DNA from: a phage | Direction: 5' to 3' (one strand) | Assembly (NCBI GenBank): GCA_025700225.1 | Contig: GCA_025700225.1_4339.1 | Length of the DNA stretch: 44,937 nucleotides | Shown here: piece after piece, positions 15,558 through 24,678 of the stretch | Layout of the letters: the number at the start of each line of letters is the position of its first letter | How positions within the stretch are numbered: the first letter of the stretch is position 1 | The notes under the pieces: generated by a model | What the model was told of the DNA's origin: nothing | What the model saw: only the letters and a program-made list of their open reading frames with translations | Databases searched by the model: none | Made by a program: the position numbers and the translations under genes

Positions 15558-16237
15558 TTGTCTGGTCATTGTTTGACGGTTCGGGCCTTATGGCCCAACC
15601 GTGGGCAGAAGCGGGCCATACTTGCTATTGTTTCAACTACGACGGTGCCGACCACGGAGACTACGCACGATTGGGCGCAAAAGTTGAACATGAAAATATC
15701 CACTATATAAACGCGTGGATTGATAATAAATTCGACTTCGACGTTGCTCCTGATATTATTTTCGCGTTCCCTCCGTGCACAGATTTAGCCGTTAGCGGCG
15801 CGGCTCATTTCGAAACGAAGCGGAAGAAGAATCCGACGTTCCAGGTAGAGGCTGTGATTACATGCAAAGTGGCGGCGCGTCTGGCTAAAAAGTACAACGT
15901 ACCTTATATGATTGAGAACCCGGTTAGTGTTCTTTCGTCTCTATGGCGTAAGCCCGACTACGTGTTCAATCCGTACGAATACGGCGGGTATTTACCGGAA
16001 GACGACACGCATCCAATGTTCCCTGAATACATAAAACCTCGGGACGCGTACCCTAAGAAGACATGTATTTGGGCCGGTAACGGTTTTGTTATGCCCGTTA
16101 AATCATGTGTTGCCGTTGGTGATGGGTACGCAGACCAACACAATAAATTGGGCGGTAAATCAGTGCGGACAAAAACAATCCGCAGCCTTACTCCGCGGGG
16201 TTTCGCAAAAGCAGTTTACGAGGCAAATCATGTCTAA
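15554..16237 (+). CDS. minimal DNA (cytosine-5) methyltransferase-like protein
   Basis: 227 aa; motif I LFDGSG, motif IV-like FPPCTD (catalytic Pro-Cys), motif VI-like ENP, C-terminal RSLTPRGF; too short for a normal target-recognition domain. Confidence 0.65.
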   Translation: MIVWSLFDGSGLMAQPWAEAGHTCYCFNYDGADHGDYARLGAKVEHENIHYINAWIDNKFDFDVAPDIIFAFPPCTDLAVSGAAHFETKRKKNPTFQVEAVITCKVAARLAKKYNVPYMIENPVSVLSSLWRKPDYVFNPYEYGGYLPEDDTHPMFPEYIKPRDAYPKKTCIWAGNGFVMPVKSCVAVGDGYADQHNKLGGKSVRTKTIRSLTPRGFAKAVYEANHV

Positions 16238-17654
16238 GTTTCAAAGGCGCGAATACCAGAAGCTCATGACTTCGTTCATGTTGCGACACCATCGCTGCAA
16301 CATATGGGCAAGCATGGGTGCCGGGAAGACTGGCAGCGTACTGTGGACGTTAAACCGCCTGTTCCGCAACGGGCAACTTACGGACGACGACCGCGTGTTA
16401 ATACTCGCCCCATTACGCGTTGCATCAGGCACGTGGCCCGCCGAACAAACTAAATGGGGTTTCCCGTGTCTGCGTGTCGTAGATGCGACCGGTTCAGAGA
16501 AGCGCCGTATAGCGGCGCTGGAGTCTGACGCCAACGTGGTGTGCACTAACTACGAAGTTATCGAATGGCTGATCGACTATTACGGCAAAGACGACTGGCC
16601 TTTCACTGTTATCGTTGCCGATGAAAGCACGAAGCTCAAATCGTTCCGTAGCCGTTCTGGTGGCAGCAAGCGGGCAAAGGCGCTCAGTAAGGTCGCGTTT
16701 GGTAAGGTTAAGCGTTTCATTAACCTGACAGGTACACCGTCGCCAAACGGTCTCAAAGACCTGTGGGGCCAGAACTGGTTTATAGACGCGGGCGAGCGCC
16801 TGGGGTCTTCATATACAGCATTCACCGACCGCTGGTTTAACTCAGTGCAGAAAGGAAAATCAGCAATGGCGCGCGAGTATCATGCGCGCCCGGGCGCAGA
16901 TAACGAGATTCACCAGAAGATGAAGGACATTAGTCTCACGATTGACGCTGCCGAGTGGTTTGGGTGTGAAGCGCCGATTATTGTACCGGTTGAAATCGAC
17001 CTGCCGAAGAAAGCGCGCCAGGCGTACATCGATATGGAGGAGAAGTTATTCGCGGAACTGGAGAGCGGAGAAGTTGAAGCGGCTAACGCTGCGGCGAAGA
17101 CGTCGAAATGTTTGCAGATTGCATCCGGTGCTGTATATGTGTCAGGGCCAGACGGCGAAGCAACGAAAGACTGGGAGAAAGTGCACGACACGAAACTGGA
17201 TGCGCTGGAGTCAATTGTTGAGGAGTTGCAGGGTGCGCCGTTACTGGTGGCCTATCAGTTCAAGCACGAACTTGAGCGCATCCTTAAGCGATTCCCGCAG
17301 GCGCAGGCGTTCGCAAAAGGCTCTAAGGGTAATAAGCAGATGGAGGCGTGGAACCGTGGTGAAATCGAGATTTTGTGTGTGCATCCTGCGTCAGCTGGCC
17401 ACGGCCTCAATTTACAGGACGGCGGGCACCATCTGGCGTTCATTTCACAAGGCTGGAACCTTGAGCACTATTTACAGGTTGTCGAGCGTATAGGCCCGGT
17501 ACGCCAGAAGCAGGCAGGCCACGAGCGACCGGTGTTCCTGTATCACATCGTTGCTAAAGACACGCTGGACGAGGTTGTTGCCGCGCGTACAGACGAGAAG
17601 AAATCGGTCCAGGAAGAGTTGCTTAATTACATGAGGAGACGAGGTAAGAAATGA
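16230..17654 (+). CDS. SNF2-family helicase
   Basis: about 474 aa; Walker A ASMGAGKTGS, DExx box IVADESTKLK, helicase C region; start at ATG 16230 overlapping the methyltransferase-like stop. Confidence 0.85.
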   Translation: MSKFQRREYQKLMTSFMLRHHRCNIWASMGAGKTGSVLWTLNRLFRNGQLTDDDRVLILAPLRVASGTWPAEQTKWGFPCLRVVDATGSEKRRIAALESDANVVCTNYEVIEWLIDYYGKDDWPFTVIVADESTKLKSFRSRSGGSKRAKALSKVAFGKVKRFINLTGTPSPNGLKDLWGQNWFIDAGERLGSSYTAFTDRWFNSVQKGKSAMAREYHARPGADNEIHQKMKDISLTIDAAEWFGCEAPIIVPVEIDLPKKARQAYIDMEEKLFAELESGEVEAANAAAKTSKCLQIASGAVYVSGPDGEATKDWEKVHDTKLDALESIVEELQGAPLLVAYQFKHELERILKRFPQAQAFAKGSKGNKQMEAWNRGEIEILCVHPASAGHGLNLQDGGHHLAFISQGWNLEHYLQVVERIGPVRQKQAGHERPVFLYHIVAKDTLDEVVAARTDEKKSVQEELLNYMRRRGKK

Positions 17655-17830
17655 AACTTAATACAGCGTTAACAGTTTTGTGGCTATTCTGCCGAGTGTT
17701 GCCTGGGTCAGTATTATTATTGTGCGGTATCTTGGACGAAAAAACATTTGATGCGGGCTTGATGGTGGGTGCAGGAATGATGTTGTTGGCTGCGGGCATT
17801 GCAGAATTGTATAAGGATTTTAAGAAATGA
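17651..17830 (+). CDS. small membrane protein (59 aa)
   Basis: ATGA-coupled to SNF2 stop; two hydrophobic segments. Confidence 0.35.
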   Translation: MKLNTALTVLWLFCRVLPGSVLLLCGILDEKTFDAGLMVGAGMMLLAAGIAELYKDFKK

Positions 17831-17964
17831 ATATCATAGCTCCGATTCCGGCATTGCAAAAACGTATCAAGGAACTCGAAGAAGAGGTTCTACGACTACG
17901 ACAGCAAAGAGACGCTGCTAATGCGCAACTGGCGTTTGTACTGGAGAAGTTATCAGAAGAGTAG
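17827..17964 (+). CDS. small coiled-coil protein (45 aa)
   Basis: ATGA-coupled; heptad-like KELEEEVLRLRQQRDAANAQLAFVLEKL. Confidence 0.35.
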   Translation: MNIIAPIPALQKRIKELEEEVLRLRQQRDAANAQLAFVLEKLSEE

Positions 17965-17966
17965 AG

Positions 17967-17997
17967 AAAAGGCCCCGTTTGGGGCCTTATTTTTTTT
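17967..17997. terminator. bidirectional intrinsic terminator at the convergent junction
   Basis: stem aaggcccc/ggggcctt followed by T8 on plus; placed between the end of the rightward operon and the tail-fibre stop. Confidence 0.75.
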
Positions 17998-19753
17998 ACA
18001 CTAGTTTTGTAACAGTAAAAGCGAATGCGCTTGATATACCTGCGCCGCCGACAGTGTTCCTCAGTGTAACCCTGAAGCTGGTTGTGCTGGTGTATATAAC
18101 ATCACAACTCACGGAATCAGGGGCGCTTACAGGGGTTACTTGCACTACGTATCCGTTGGAGGATGCCGCTAAGGCATGGGAAAATGTTACATCGTAAACT
18201 CCGGTTGCTACCTGGTTAACTGAGGACACACCAGGGGCGATGTTGATGGTTCCGTTGGCATTTATCTTACCAGAGCGAGGAATGCTGCCCGCAGATACAG
18301 AAGTAGTCTTACTGGTTTGTTCCATGAACGTACAACCAATATCAATTACTTCGCAATTAGCGCCGGTAACCCAGTACGGCCTTGCGCTACTTGGCACATA
18401 AGAGCCTACACTCTGGAATGTTGTTCCGTTGAGGATTACGGTCACCTTGCCGCCGCCTGAACTTGTGATATTTAAGTTCTGTATGGTGTACATGGAACTG
18501 CTGACACGGTGGAAATTACCACCGTTAATGACTACGGTGACAGGGCGGGTTCCTGTATTATCAATTACAAGGTCCGCTCCACCCTTATTTGCTTCGAAAT
18601 ATGGATTGTTCAGCACGAGTGCACCGGAACCATTTAAGCCATTCACCGCGATGTTCATTCCACCAGTGCTTAAATTATCTTGGGTACCATTACCCTCGCA
18701 GGTTAACCCTGTAATGGTGTCACCTGCACCCCAGCTGTCACCTAAAATGCCCCAATCTGAATTATCGCTTGCAGTAATGCGGTTAAAACTAACTGCGTTT
18801 AACTCTGAACCAGTACTACTAGCAAGCACTCGGAGGCCGATGCGGTTAGATTGCAGATACACATTATCCAAATCTGAGGTCAATACATCCTCCAGACGAA
18901 GACCTTCACCGTTAGTGTGCCCGTACGATACGAAGTCATGTAGGCGCGTATACGCCTTGCCTTTAATATGCATGCCGTAAGAAGTGCTGTTTCCTTTAAG
19001 GGTGAAGCCGCCAACGGAGTCGTAAGCATGTACTCGTTGAGATGTGAATGTGCTGTCCCCGAGCATCTTCATGTTAAAATCGGCAACCTGACAGTTGAAG
19101 ATTGTCTCTGCCATATTATCGCCGGAGTAGTGCGCACGAACTCCAGGAGACCCAATAAAGGCAGCGTCAAAGTTGCCATAATCAAGGACGAGGGGGGTAT
19201 CTACGTCATAAACCCCATGCTTTATTTTCAGAGCCCCGCCTAAAGGCCAATTAGTTAAGGGGTCCTGGTATATAGAGGAATCAATGCGACCTATCACATC
19301 GGACACCGATTCGGTATTACTGTATGCCACGAGGTCAGCGCCTTTACCTTCGTCGGGGTTCGCGAGGTCAGCCCTCAAATCAGGGTCCGTTTGTGGCTTC
19401 CAGTTAGCGTTACCAACCGGGTTAAACGACGCAGGGACAACAACCGGCAGCGTACCAGCGTATGAGTACCACGTCTGGCTAACCGGGTCGTAAACCACTT
19501 TGTCGCGGTCATTAACTGTTAACGTACCGCCGGTGGAAAAGTCCCATGACACCGGAGAAAAACCTGCGTCGCGTAACACCGCAGGAAGCGTCTTCTGTGT
19601 CTGCCCTGTAACGGCATTGGTTGCGTAATCAATATCGGCACCGCCAGCGACACCCCCGGATTTGCCGGTGATGACCTCAGCTTCAAAAATCTGATGTTTC
19701 TTGGCGGTCTGTAAATCCGCCAGACTTAAAACGTCACCGCATCCGCTTGACAT
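17996..19753 (-). CDS. tail fibre / tailspike-like receptor-binding protein
   Basis: 585 aa; last gene of the tail operon; Gly/Asn/Thr-rich repetitive central region of the kind seen in beta-helical phage fibres. Confidence 0.65.
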   Translation of the reverse strand: MSSGCGDVLSLADLQTAKKHQIFEAEVITGKSGGVAGGADIDYATNAVTGQTQKTLPAVLRDAGFSPVSWDFSTGGTLTVNDRDKVVYDPVSQTWYSYAGTLPVVVPASFNPVGNANWKPQTDPDLRADLANPDEGKGADLVAYSNTESVSDVIGRIDSSIYQDPLTNWPLGGALKIKHGVYDVDTPLVLDYGNFDAAFIGSPGVRAHYSGDNMAETIFNCQVADFNMKMLGDSTFTSQRVHAYDSVGGFTLKGNSTSYGMHIKGKAYTRLHDFVSYGHTNGEGLRLEDVLTSDLDNVYLQSNRIGLRVLASSTGSELNAVSFNRITASDNSDWGILGDSWGAGDTITGLTCEGNGTQDNLSTGGMNIAVNGLNGSGALVLNNPYFEANKGGADLVIDNTGTRPVTVVINGGNFHRVSSSMYTIQNLNITSSGGGKVTVILNGTTFQSVGSYVPSSARPYWVTGANCEVIDIGCTFMEQTSKTTSVSAGSIPRSGKINANGTINIAPGVSSVNQVATGVYDVTFSHALAASSNGYVVQVTPVSAPDSVSCDVIYTSTTSFRVTLRNTVGGAGISSAFAFTVTKLV

Positions 19754-19765
19754 ATAGAGTCCTCT

Positions 19766-22321
19766 TTAATAAAAACCGTTGCTGAATCCGTCGGAGAAAC
19801 CGCGACCGAAAGGTGCGACGCCGTCGTATTTGTAGAAACCTTCATCATAGTTGTAGCCTGTAATCTTAACCGTGCGGTCGTCGCCAGGGTCGATTGAAGA
19901 GACAACTATCCTCTGTGCATTATGCCTTGCTTCGTTGCCGAATGAAAACTCAGTTTTTAGCGCACTATTCCCTGTATAGATTGCTTCCTCCGGCGCAGAG
20001 AGCATAATAACCTCGCGGTCGTGGCTTCCTTTGATAACAGAAATACTCTGCACCGAGCCGTCGCGCTTCTTGAGGATGATTGAGTGGTCGTCTCCAGGAG
20101 TGAAAGTAACAGGCTGTGACAGCGTCAACGTAAGCCCATTAACGGCGACAACATAACCATCCTGTGGCGCGATACGAGAACCTTTAACCACGCTGATTAC
20201 ACCCCCAGGTGTAGCGAGCGCACCCTCTTCAGTAGCTTCGAACTCAACGACAACTTTGCTTAACGCATTGCGCTGGTATCGACGCCACGCCAGCCAGTAC
20301 GCCTGTTGGTAGTTGCGCACGCCCTTAGACTCATATTCCTCGGTGTTAGCACCGAGTTCCTCAGGGATATAAATGGTTTCCTGTACGTTCGTATCGGGGT
20401 CGATGTATGAGAACGACAGGCTATCGTAAGTCGTAGAATCGTTGAAAGTGCGTGTCCATTTCTCCGTACCGGTTGTTTTGCTGCGGTGAGTGAATACCAT
20501 TTCAGGTCCTGCAACCGGTCGGTCGAAGCGCAGCATAACATCCGCGCCTTTACGATACGCAGTACAGAACACGGCTTCCGCTATGGTCTGGACGATATCC
20601 TGCATCGTGGTGTCGTAATCATCGAACGTGTAACAGAATTGTCCGGCTAACTCACTGCCGAAATAGGATTCAATTTCTTCCTGAACGGCGAGTAACTTAT
20701 CCATGTTTGCAGTCGTCAGCTCCAGATTGCCGACAGCCGGGTCGCGGGCCAGTCGGATTAGCGACTGCACAGCCTGCGTGTTCGGCGTCATTACCGTGTC
20801 AAATACACCGTTGCCGAGGTATTTATAACACATCTCGGTCGCAATCATGCGCAGTTCCGGGTTGTCGATACTGGCGGCACGCGGTGTCTGTTTACGTGCG
20901 CAATGTACAGTGGTCCGGTTGCCGTAATGTGGGGTCGTGTCCAGTGACTGCCCGTACAGGTTAATGAAGGTTATTTCGTCGCTTACTGTCCCTTCGTAAT
21001 CCTTATCAAAATTAGTTATACGGCGCATACGGGCGCGGAAGCGCGATGCTGTTGGCAACTGCCCATAGATAGACGTACCGACATAATCCGTACTATTACC
21101 AGTAATCGTGGCCTGCACAGTGTATATATCGCTTAACGGATTACGTTGCGAGTCAATCATCTGGTACTGGAGTTCTACTGTTACGCTGGTGCGGTTATAG
21201 CCGCCGTCGTATTTGTAGAGGCCGTTTTGCCCCGCAACGTTAACGAGCACCCGGTCAACTTCACCGCGCACCATGTAATACCAGTCGGTAAGCGACACAT
21301 CATAAGTGTTGCTCGGGCCTATAAACGTATCTGAACGCTCGGTTAAGGTGTACGTCTGCCCGCTGGTTAACGCGGCCCAGTTGGACGCTCCGTTTACCGC
21401 CAGCCTGACTTCGAAGTCGTCAACGTATAAAACCTCAAACGAGCCGTTCAGGTTAGTGACGTCAGCGACGTCAAAGTTGCTGAGCACCGCCACATCGCCA
21501 ACGCTAAGAAACTCCGAAAACGCAGAGTCGCCGGACGGGTCGTAGATATACCCGGTGTTAGAAATACGCTTGGCGGTTCCGTCGGCGCTTGGGTTAGCCC
21601 CAATATCGTTTGGCGCTTTCAATACAATGCCGTCTACATCATCATTGGAGTAGGTGACGTATAACTTCTGGTCAATGATATCGCCGATTTGCAACTGCGG
21701 TGATGTCGTATTGTTGGGTGATGTGTATGGTGCATACACGGCAACAGACGACCCCGTAATGTCGCTTATCAGGGTGTCACCTTCTGTAACGCCGTCTGCT
21801 TCAATATGCAGATGTCCGCGACCGGCGTCATAGTAAGAATACTCAAGCAAAGCACCGGTAGAATTGAACGCCTTATACGTTTGCATCAGGTCATTAGGGA
21901 TGGTCTGCACGGTGCCGCAGATGTCATAAGAGCGCTCGTACGGCCGCGGCTTGTTTGAGCGGTCCGTGAGGCTGTTGTTTGGTGATGTTGTCTGATTGTT
22001 TGTCGCCGTGTAGTTGGCGTTGGCCGACATGTTAAGACCAAACAGTTTTGCTATTGGCTTGAGGATAAAACCAAAGACCTTACTAACCGCACCAAGCGCA
22101 CCACTACCAGCACCCTCGATAATGTGGTAAACCGCTTCTTCATCTTTAAGTGCATCGAAGTCATCGGTTACGTCAGTATCCTCTCCGATTTCACCGAGGT
22201 AGACGCGCACGGGCACACCGTCCGGGATACGGTTGACTACAAACTCCATCGGCATCCCGGTGTGCTTTGTGCGGTCGAATGCTCCGTCAGCGTTTCGTGT
22301 GTAATGCAGGATTATCGCCAA
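19766..22321 (-). CDS. tail tip / host specificity protein (J-like central fibre)
   Basis: 851 aa; follows the NlpC/P60 tail assembly gene as lambda J follows K/I. Confidence 0.6.
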   Translation of the reverse strand: MAIILHYTRNADGAFDRTKHTGMPMEFVVNRIPDGVPVRVYLGEIGEDTDVTDDFDALKDEEAVYHIIEGAGSGALGAVSKVFGFILKPIAKLFGLNMSANANYTATNNQTTSPNNSLTDRSNKPRPYERSYDICGTVQTIPNDLMQTYKAFNSTGALLEYSYYDAGRGHLHIEADGVTEGDTLISDITGSSVAVYAPYTSPNNTTSPQLQIGDIIDQKLYVTYSNDDVDGIVLKAPNDIGANPSADGTAKRISNTGYIYDPSGDSAFSEFLSVGDVAVLSNFDVADVTNLNGSFEVLYVDDFEVRLAVNGASNWAALTSGQTYTLTERSDTFIGPSNTYDVSLTDWYYMVRGEVDRVLVNVAGQNGLYKYDGGYNRTSVTVELQYQMIDSQRNPLSDIYTVQATITGNSTDYVGTSIYGQLPTASRFRARMRRITNFDKDYEGTVSDEITFINLYGQSLDTTPHYGNRTTVHCARKQTPRAASIDNPELRMIATEMCYKYLGNGVFDTVMTPNTQAVQSLIRLARDPAVGNLELTTANMDKLLAVQEEIESYFGSELAGQFCYTFDDYDTTMQDIVQTIAEAVFCTAYRKGADVMLRFDRPVAGPEMVFTHRSKTTGTEKWTRTFNDSTTYDSLSFSYIDPDTNVQETIYIPEELGANTEEYESKGVRNYQQAYWLAWRRYQRNALSKVVVEFEATEEGALATPGGVISVVKGSRIAPQDGYVVAVNGLTLTLSQPVTFTPGDDHSIILKKRDGSVQSISVIKGSHDREVIMLSAPEEAIYTGNSALKTEFSFGNEARHNAQRIVVSSIDPGDDRTVKITGYNYDEGFYKYDGVAPFGRGFSDGFSNGFY

Positions 22322-22677
22322 AATTCAATCTCCGTGTACGTGTCTCTGAGGTCAGAAAGGCGGTCGAGACGCACCTGACGTGACGCCATCTCGCAATGAC
22401 TCACCATACCATCAAAATACACCCCAGCGTGCCACACAATACGCCCGCTACGGCGATAACCAAGCAGAACAGCACACATGTTTTCAGGCTTATCTATCTT
22501 CGTTAGCCCTTTCGGGTTACGGTGGCCCTGCTCAAATGCCGTGTCTATCGCCGTTGGGCTGGTTACGTCGAAAGCGGGGGTATCAAGCCCCGCATCTGCA
22601 CGCACCATGCGGACATGCTGCCAGCAATTACGCTTACGGAAATCATACGGCAGCCCGGTATAATCGTTGATATTCAT
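22312..22677 (-). CDS. tail assembly protein, NlpC/P60-like (lambda K-like)
   Basis: 121 aa; candidate Cys/His catalytic residues (NCWQH, WHAG, SHC). Confidence 0.6.
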   Translation of the reverse strand: MNINDYTGLPYDFRKRNCWQHVRMVRADAGLDTPAFDVTSPTAIDTAFEQGHRNPKGLTKIDKPENMCAVLLGYRRSGRIVWHAGVYFDGMVSHCEMASRQVRLDRLSDLRDTYTEIEFWR

Positions 22678-23189
22678 GTTGTCAGAAGACCGCGAAGTAG
22701 TGGTATCTCTTTAGGTGTCATCAGTATACCAGTGCTTCGTTGGTTCAGCATAGGTGTACCGACGTCCGCCGAGAACTCGCCTTTCTCCTGGTTGATTGCC
22801 TGCAACTCATACACGACAGGACCATCTGCAGGGTACGACAGGTCTGTGCTGACGTAGCGCCGGAAGATGAACTTCGGCAACTCGGTATTACTCATCGGAA
22901 TTTTATCCATCTCGTCGTCAAGTTGATTGAGGATATCCGGCAGAGTAAACGTCGTCGTCTGGTCCATATCGCTGTTGTTAGCCGCCCCCGACGCCTCCAT
23001 CGGGGTGGGATCGAACGTGATAGTTTCGCCAGTCTCCAGTGTTGCCGTAAGTTCCTGTAACCCGCGCACAAGATAGTACGTCTTCGACAGCAATGGGTGG
23101 CTGATTTGCAATGTGATGTAATCCATCTCGCCGTCTGGGTTTGACGCGAGCTTACGGCGATAGGCTGCTTCTACTGATTCCTGGCTCAT
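22674..23189 (-). CDS. minor tail protein (L-like position)
   Basis: 171 aa; position between distal tail and K-like genes. Confidence 0.5.
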   Translation of the reverse strand: MSQESVEAAYRRKLASNPDGEMDYITLQISHPLLSKTYYLVRGLQELTATLETGETITFDPTPMEASGAANNSDMDQTTTFTLPDILNQLDDEMDKIPMSNTELPKFIFRRYVSTDLSYPADGPVVYELQAINQEKGEFSADVGTPMLNQRSTGILMTPKEIPLLRGLLTT

Positions 23190-23192
23190 AAG

Positions 23193-24578
23193 TTAACCGT
23201 CCACATTAAAATCAATACGGGTTATATATTTACTACCCCACGCAGAATTAGCTTGGGGAATGGCGGCGTAATCGTCAACAGCCTGAACGTTTATCACGGA
23301 GCCGTCGGAATAGGTAACGTCAATACTTGTTGCGCCGTTCATTGCTACTTTTGCCGATGCCGTTGGTCTGGTCGCAGGGGTTGTTGGCGCTGCGATATAT
23401 GAAGTTCTAAGTGAACCTGGCTCTAGTTGTAGTATATTTGCGTAAAAAACTGACCCTACAGGGATTACGTGGTCCCCCGTCGCTGCGCGAACACGTAACT
23501 GGGCTGTGTAGGTTTCGGTTACTTGGGCGGTGTAAGTGGCGGAAAAGAAGATAGAGCCATCGCCCATAATGTATGTGGTTACGTCAGAATATCCGCTGTC
23601 GCTAATATATTGCCCGTCTAACAGGTCGATGAATACACTAGCGGCAGCGGTTGATAATCCTGCCATTCTAATGCGCAATCTCCCGTAAGAGCCGCGTATA
23701 ACCCCCGAAAATGTTACAGAGTCGCCAGATGAAATATCTACATTAGAACTAATAAATGTAGCATCTTCTCTGGATGTCAATGTTGTTATTTTTCCGGCAA
23801 CCAGTAGATTATTAGGATCGACCTCTGACTCTACTGAAATCTGATTTGTCGAAAACCCCCACTCAGATGGGTTTTGACTTTCATTAAATAGGTTTTTGCT
23901 GCTATCCTCAGGCGGAACACGACCAACTGCCACCCCATCAATAAACGTAATGGGCCATTCATTAGCAACTGACTGCACAAGATTGCCGTTTCTGTTGATG
24001 TAGTAAACCTGTGGCCCTTCGTAAACGATACGGCTATCAAGAGTCGACGCCAGAAGGTTAATCGGCGGATAACCGGCAGGGCCTTCGTTACTCCAGATAC
24101 GAGGGAACGTTGTTTCGTAGTTCGCGTATATCTTAAGGAAACTGCCCAGACAATCCCCGTAACAGCCATACAAATCTGGCAGATTGTTAATCAGGCACTG
24201 GTTCTCAAGGTCCTGGAACGGTGATTTCTCAGCGGTTGCCGTGAAAGTTATCGTCCAGTTAATCCCGTCTTCCGTAGACTCGGCGATGGTGGACGTAATG
24301 GTTACCTGATAATCCGCGATACCCATGCCGAAGTCGTGCGCCATCCAGAAACTGGACGCGCCGCCGTCTACTTTCTCAAGAAACGCAAGGAAAGTCTGGC
24401 GTCCAAGCGCGGAGGTGATGAGCGTCACACTTACAGGGAACACGTCGTAATACGTGTCACGCCCCTGACGGACGCCACCTCCAGCTAAATCAACACTCCA
24501 GACGTTGTTACGTCTGGTCATTGAGTAGCCTTTTGATACCACAGGCTTAAGGCTACGTGGAAAAAATAAGTCACCCAT
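23193..24578 (-). CDS. minor tail protein (distal tail protein-like, M position)
   Basis: 461 aa; first gene after tape measure. Confidence 0.5.
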   Translation of the reverse strand: MGDLFFPRSLKPVVSKGYSMTRRNNVWSVDLAGGGVRQGRDTYYDVFPVSVTLITSALGRQTFLAFLEKVDGGASSFWMAHDFGMGIADYQVTITSTIAESTEDGINWTITFTATAEKSPFQDLENQCLINNLPDLYGCYGDCLGSFLKIYANYETTFPRIWSNEGPAGYPPINLLASTLDSRIVYEGPQVYYINRNGNLVQSVANEWPITFIDGVAVGRVPPEDSSKNLFNESQNPSEWGFSTNQISVESEVDPNNLLVAGKITTLTSREDATFISSNVDISSGDSVTFSGVIRGSYGRLRIRMAGLSTAAASVFIDLLDGQYISDSGYSDVTTYIMGDGSIFFSATYTAQVTETYTAQLRVRAATGDHVIPVGSVFYANILQLEPGSLRTSYIAAPTTPATRPTASAKVAMNGATSIDVTYSDGSVINVQAVDDYAAIPQANSAWGSKYITRIDFNVDG

Positions 24579-24678
24579 TATTAAAACCTCGATAGATTGG
24601 ATGTTATGGCAAGGATAACATGGAGGGGAAGCCTAAACTACACCATACATATGGCCCTTTCGGGCCATATTTTTGTTA

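Noticed and set aside
16942-17493. 183-aa Arg-rich ORF on the plus strand
   Set aside because: Alternative frame inside the SNF2 helicase gene with extreme Arg/Ser bias; the helicase frame has the conserved motifs.
17996-19753. P22-type tailspike identity for the tail fibre
   Set aside because: The N-terminus does not resemble the P22/Sf6 head-binding domain as recalled; only a generic fibre or beta-helix call is supportable without a search.
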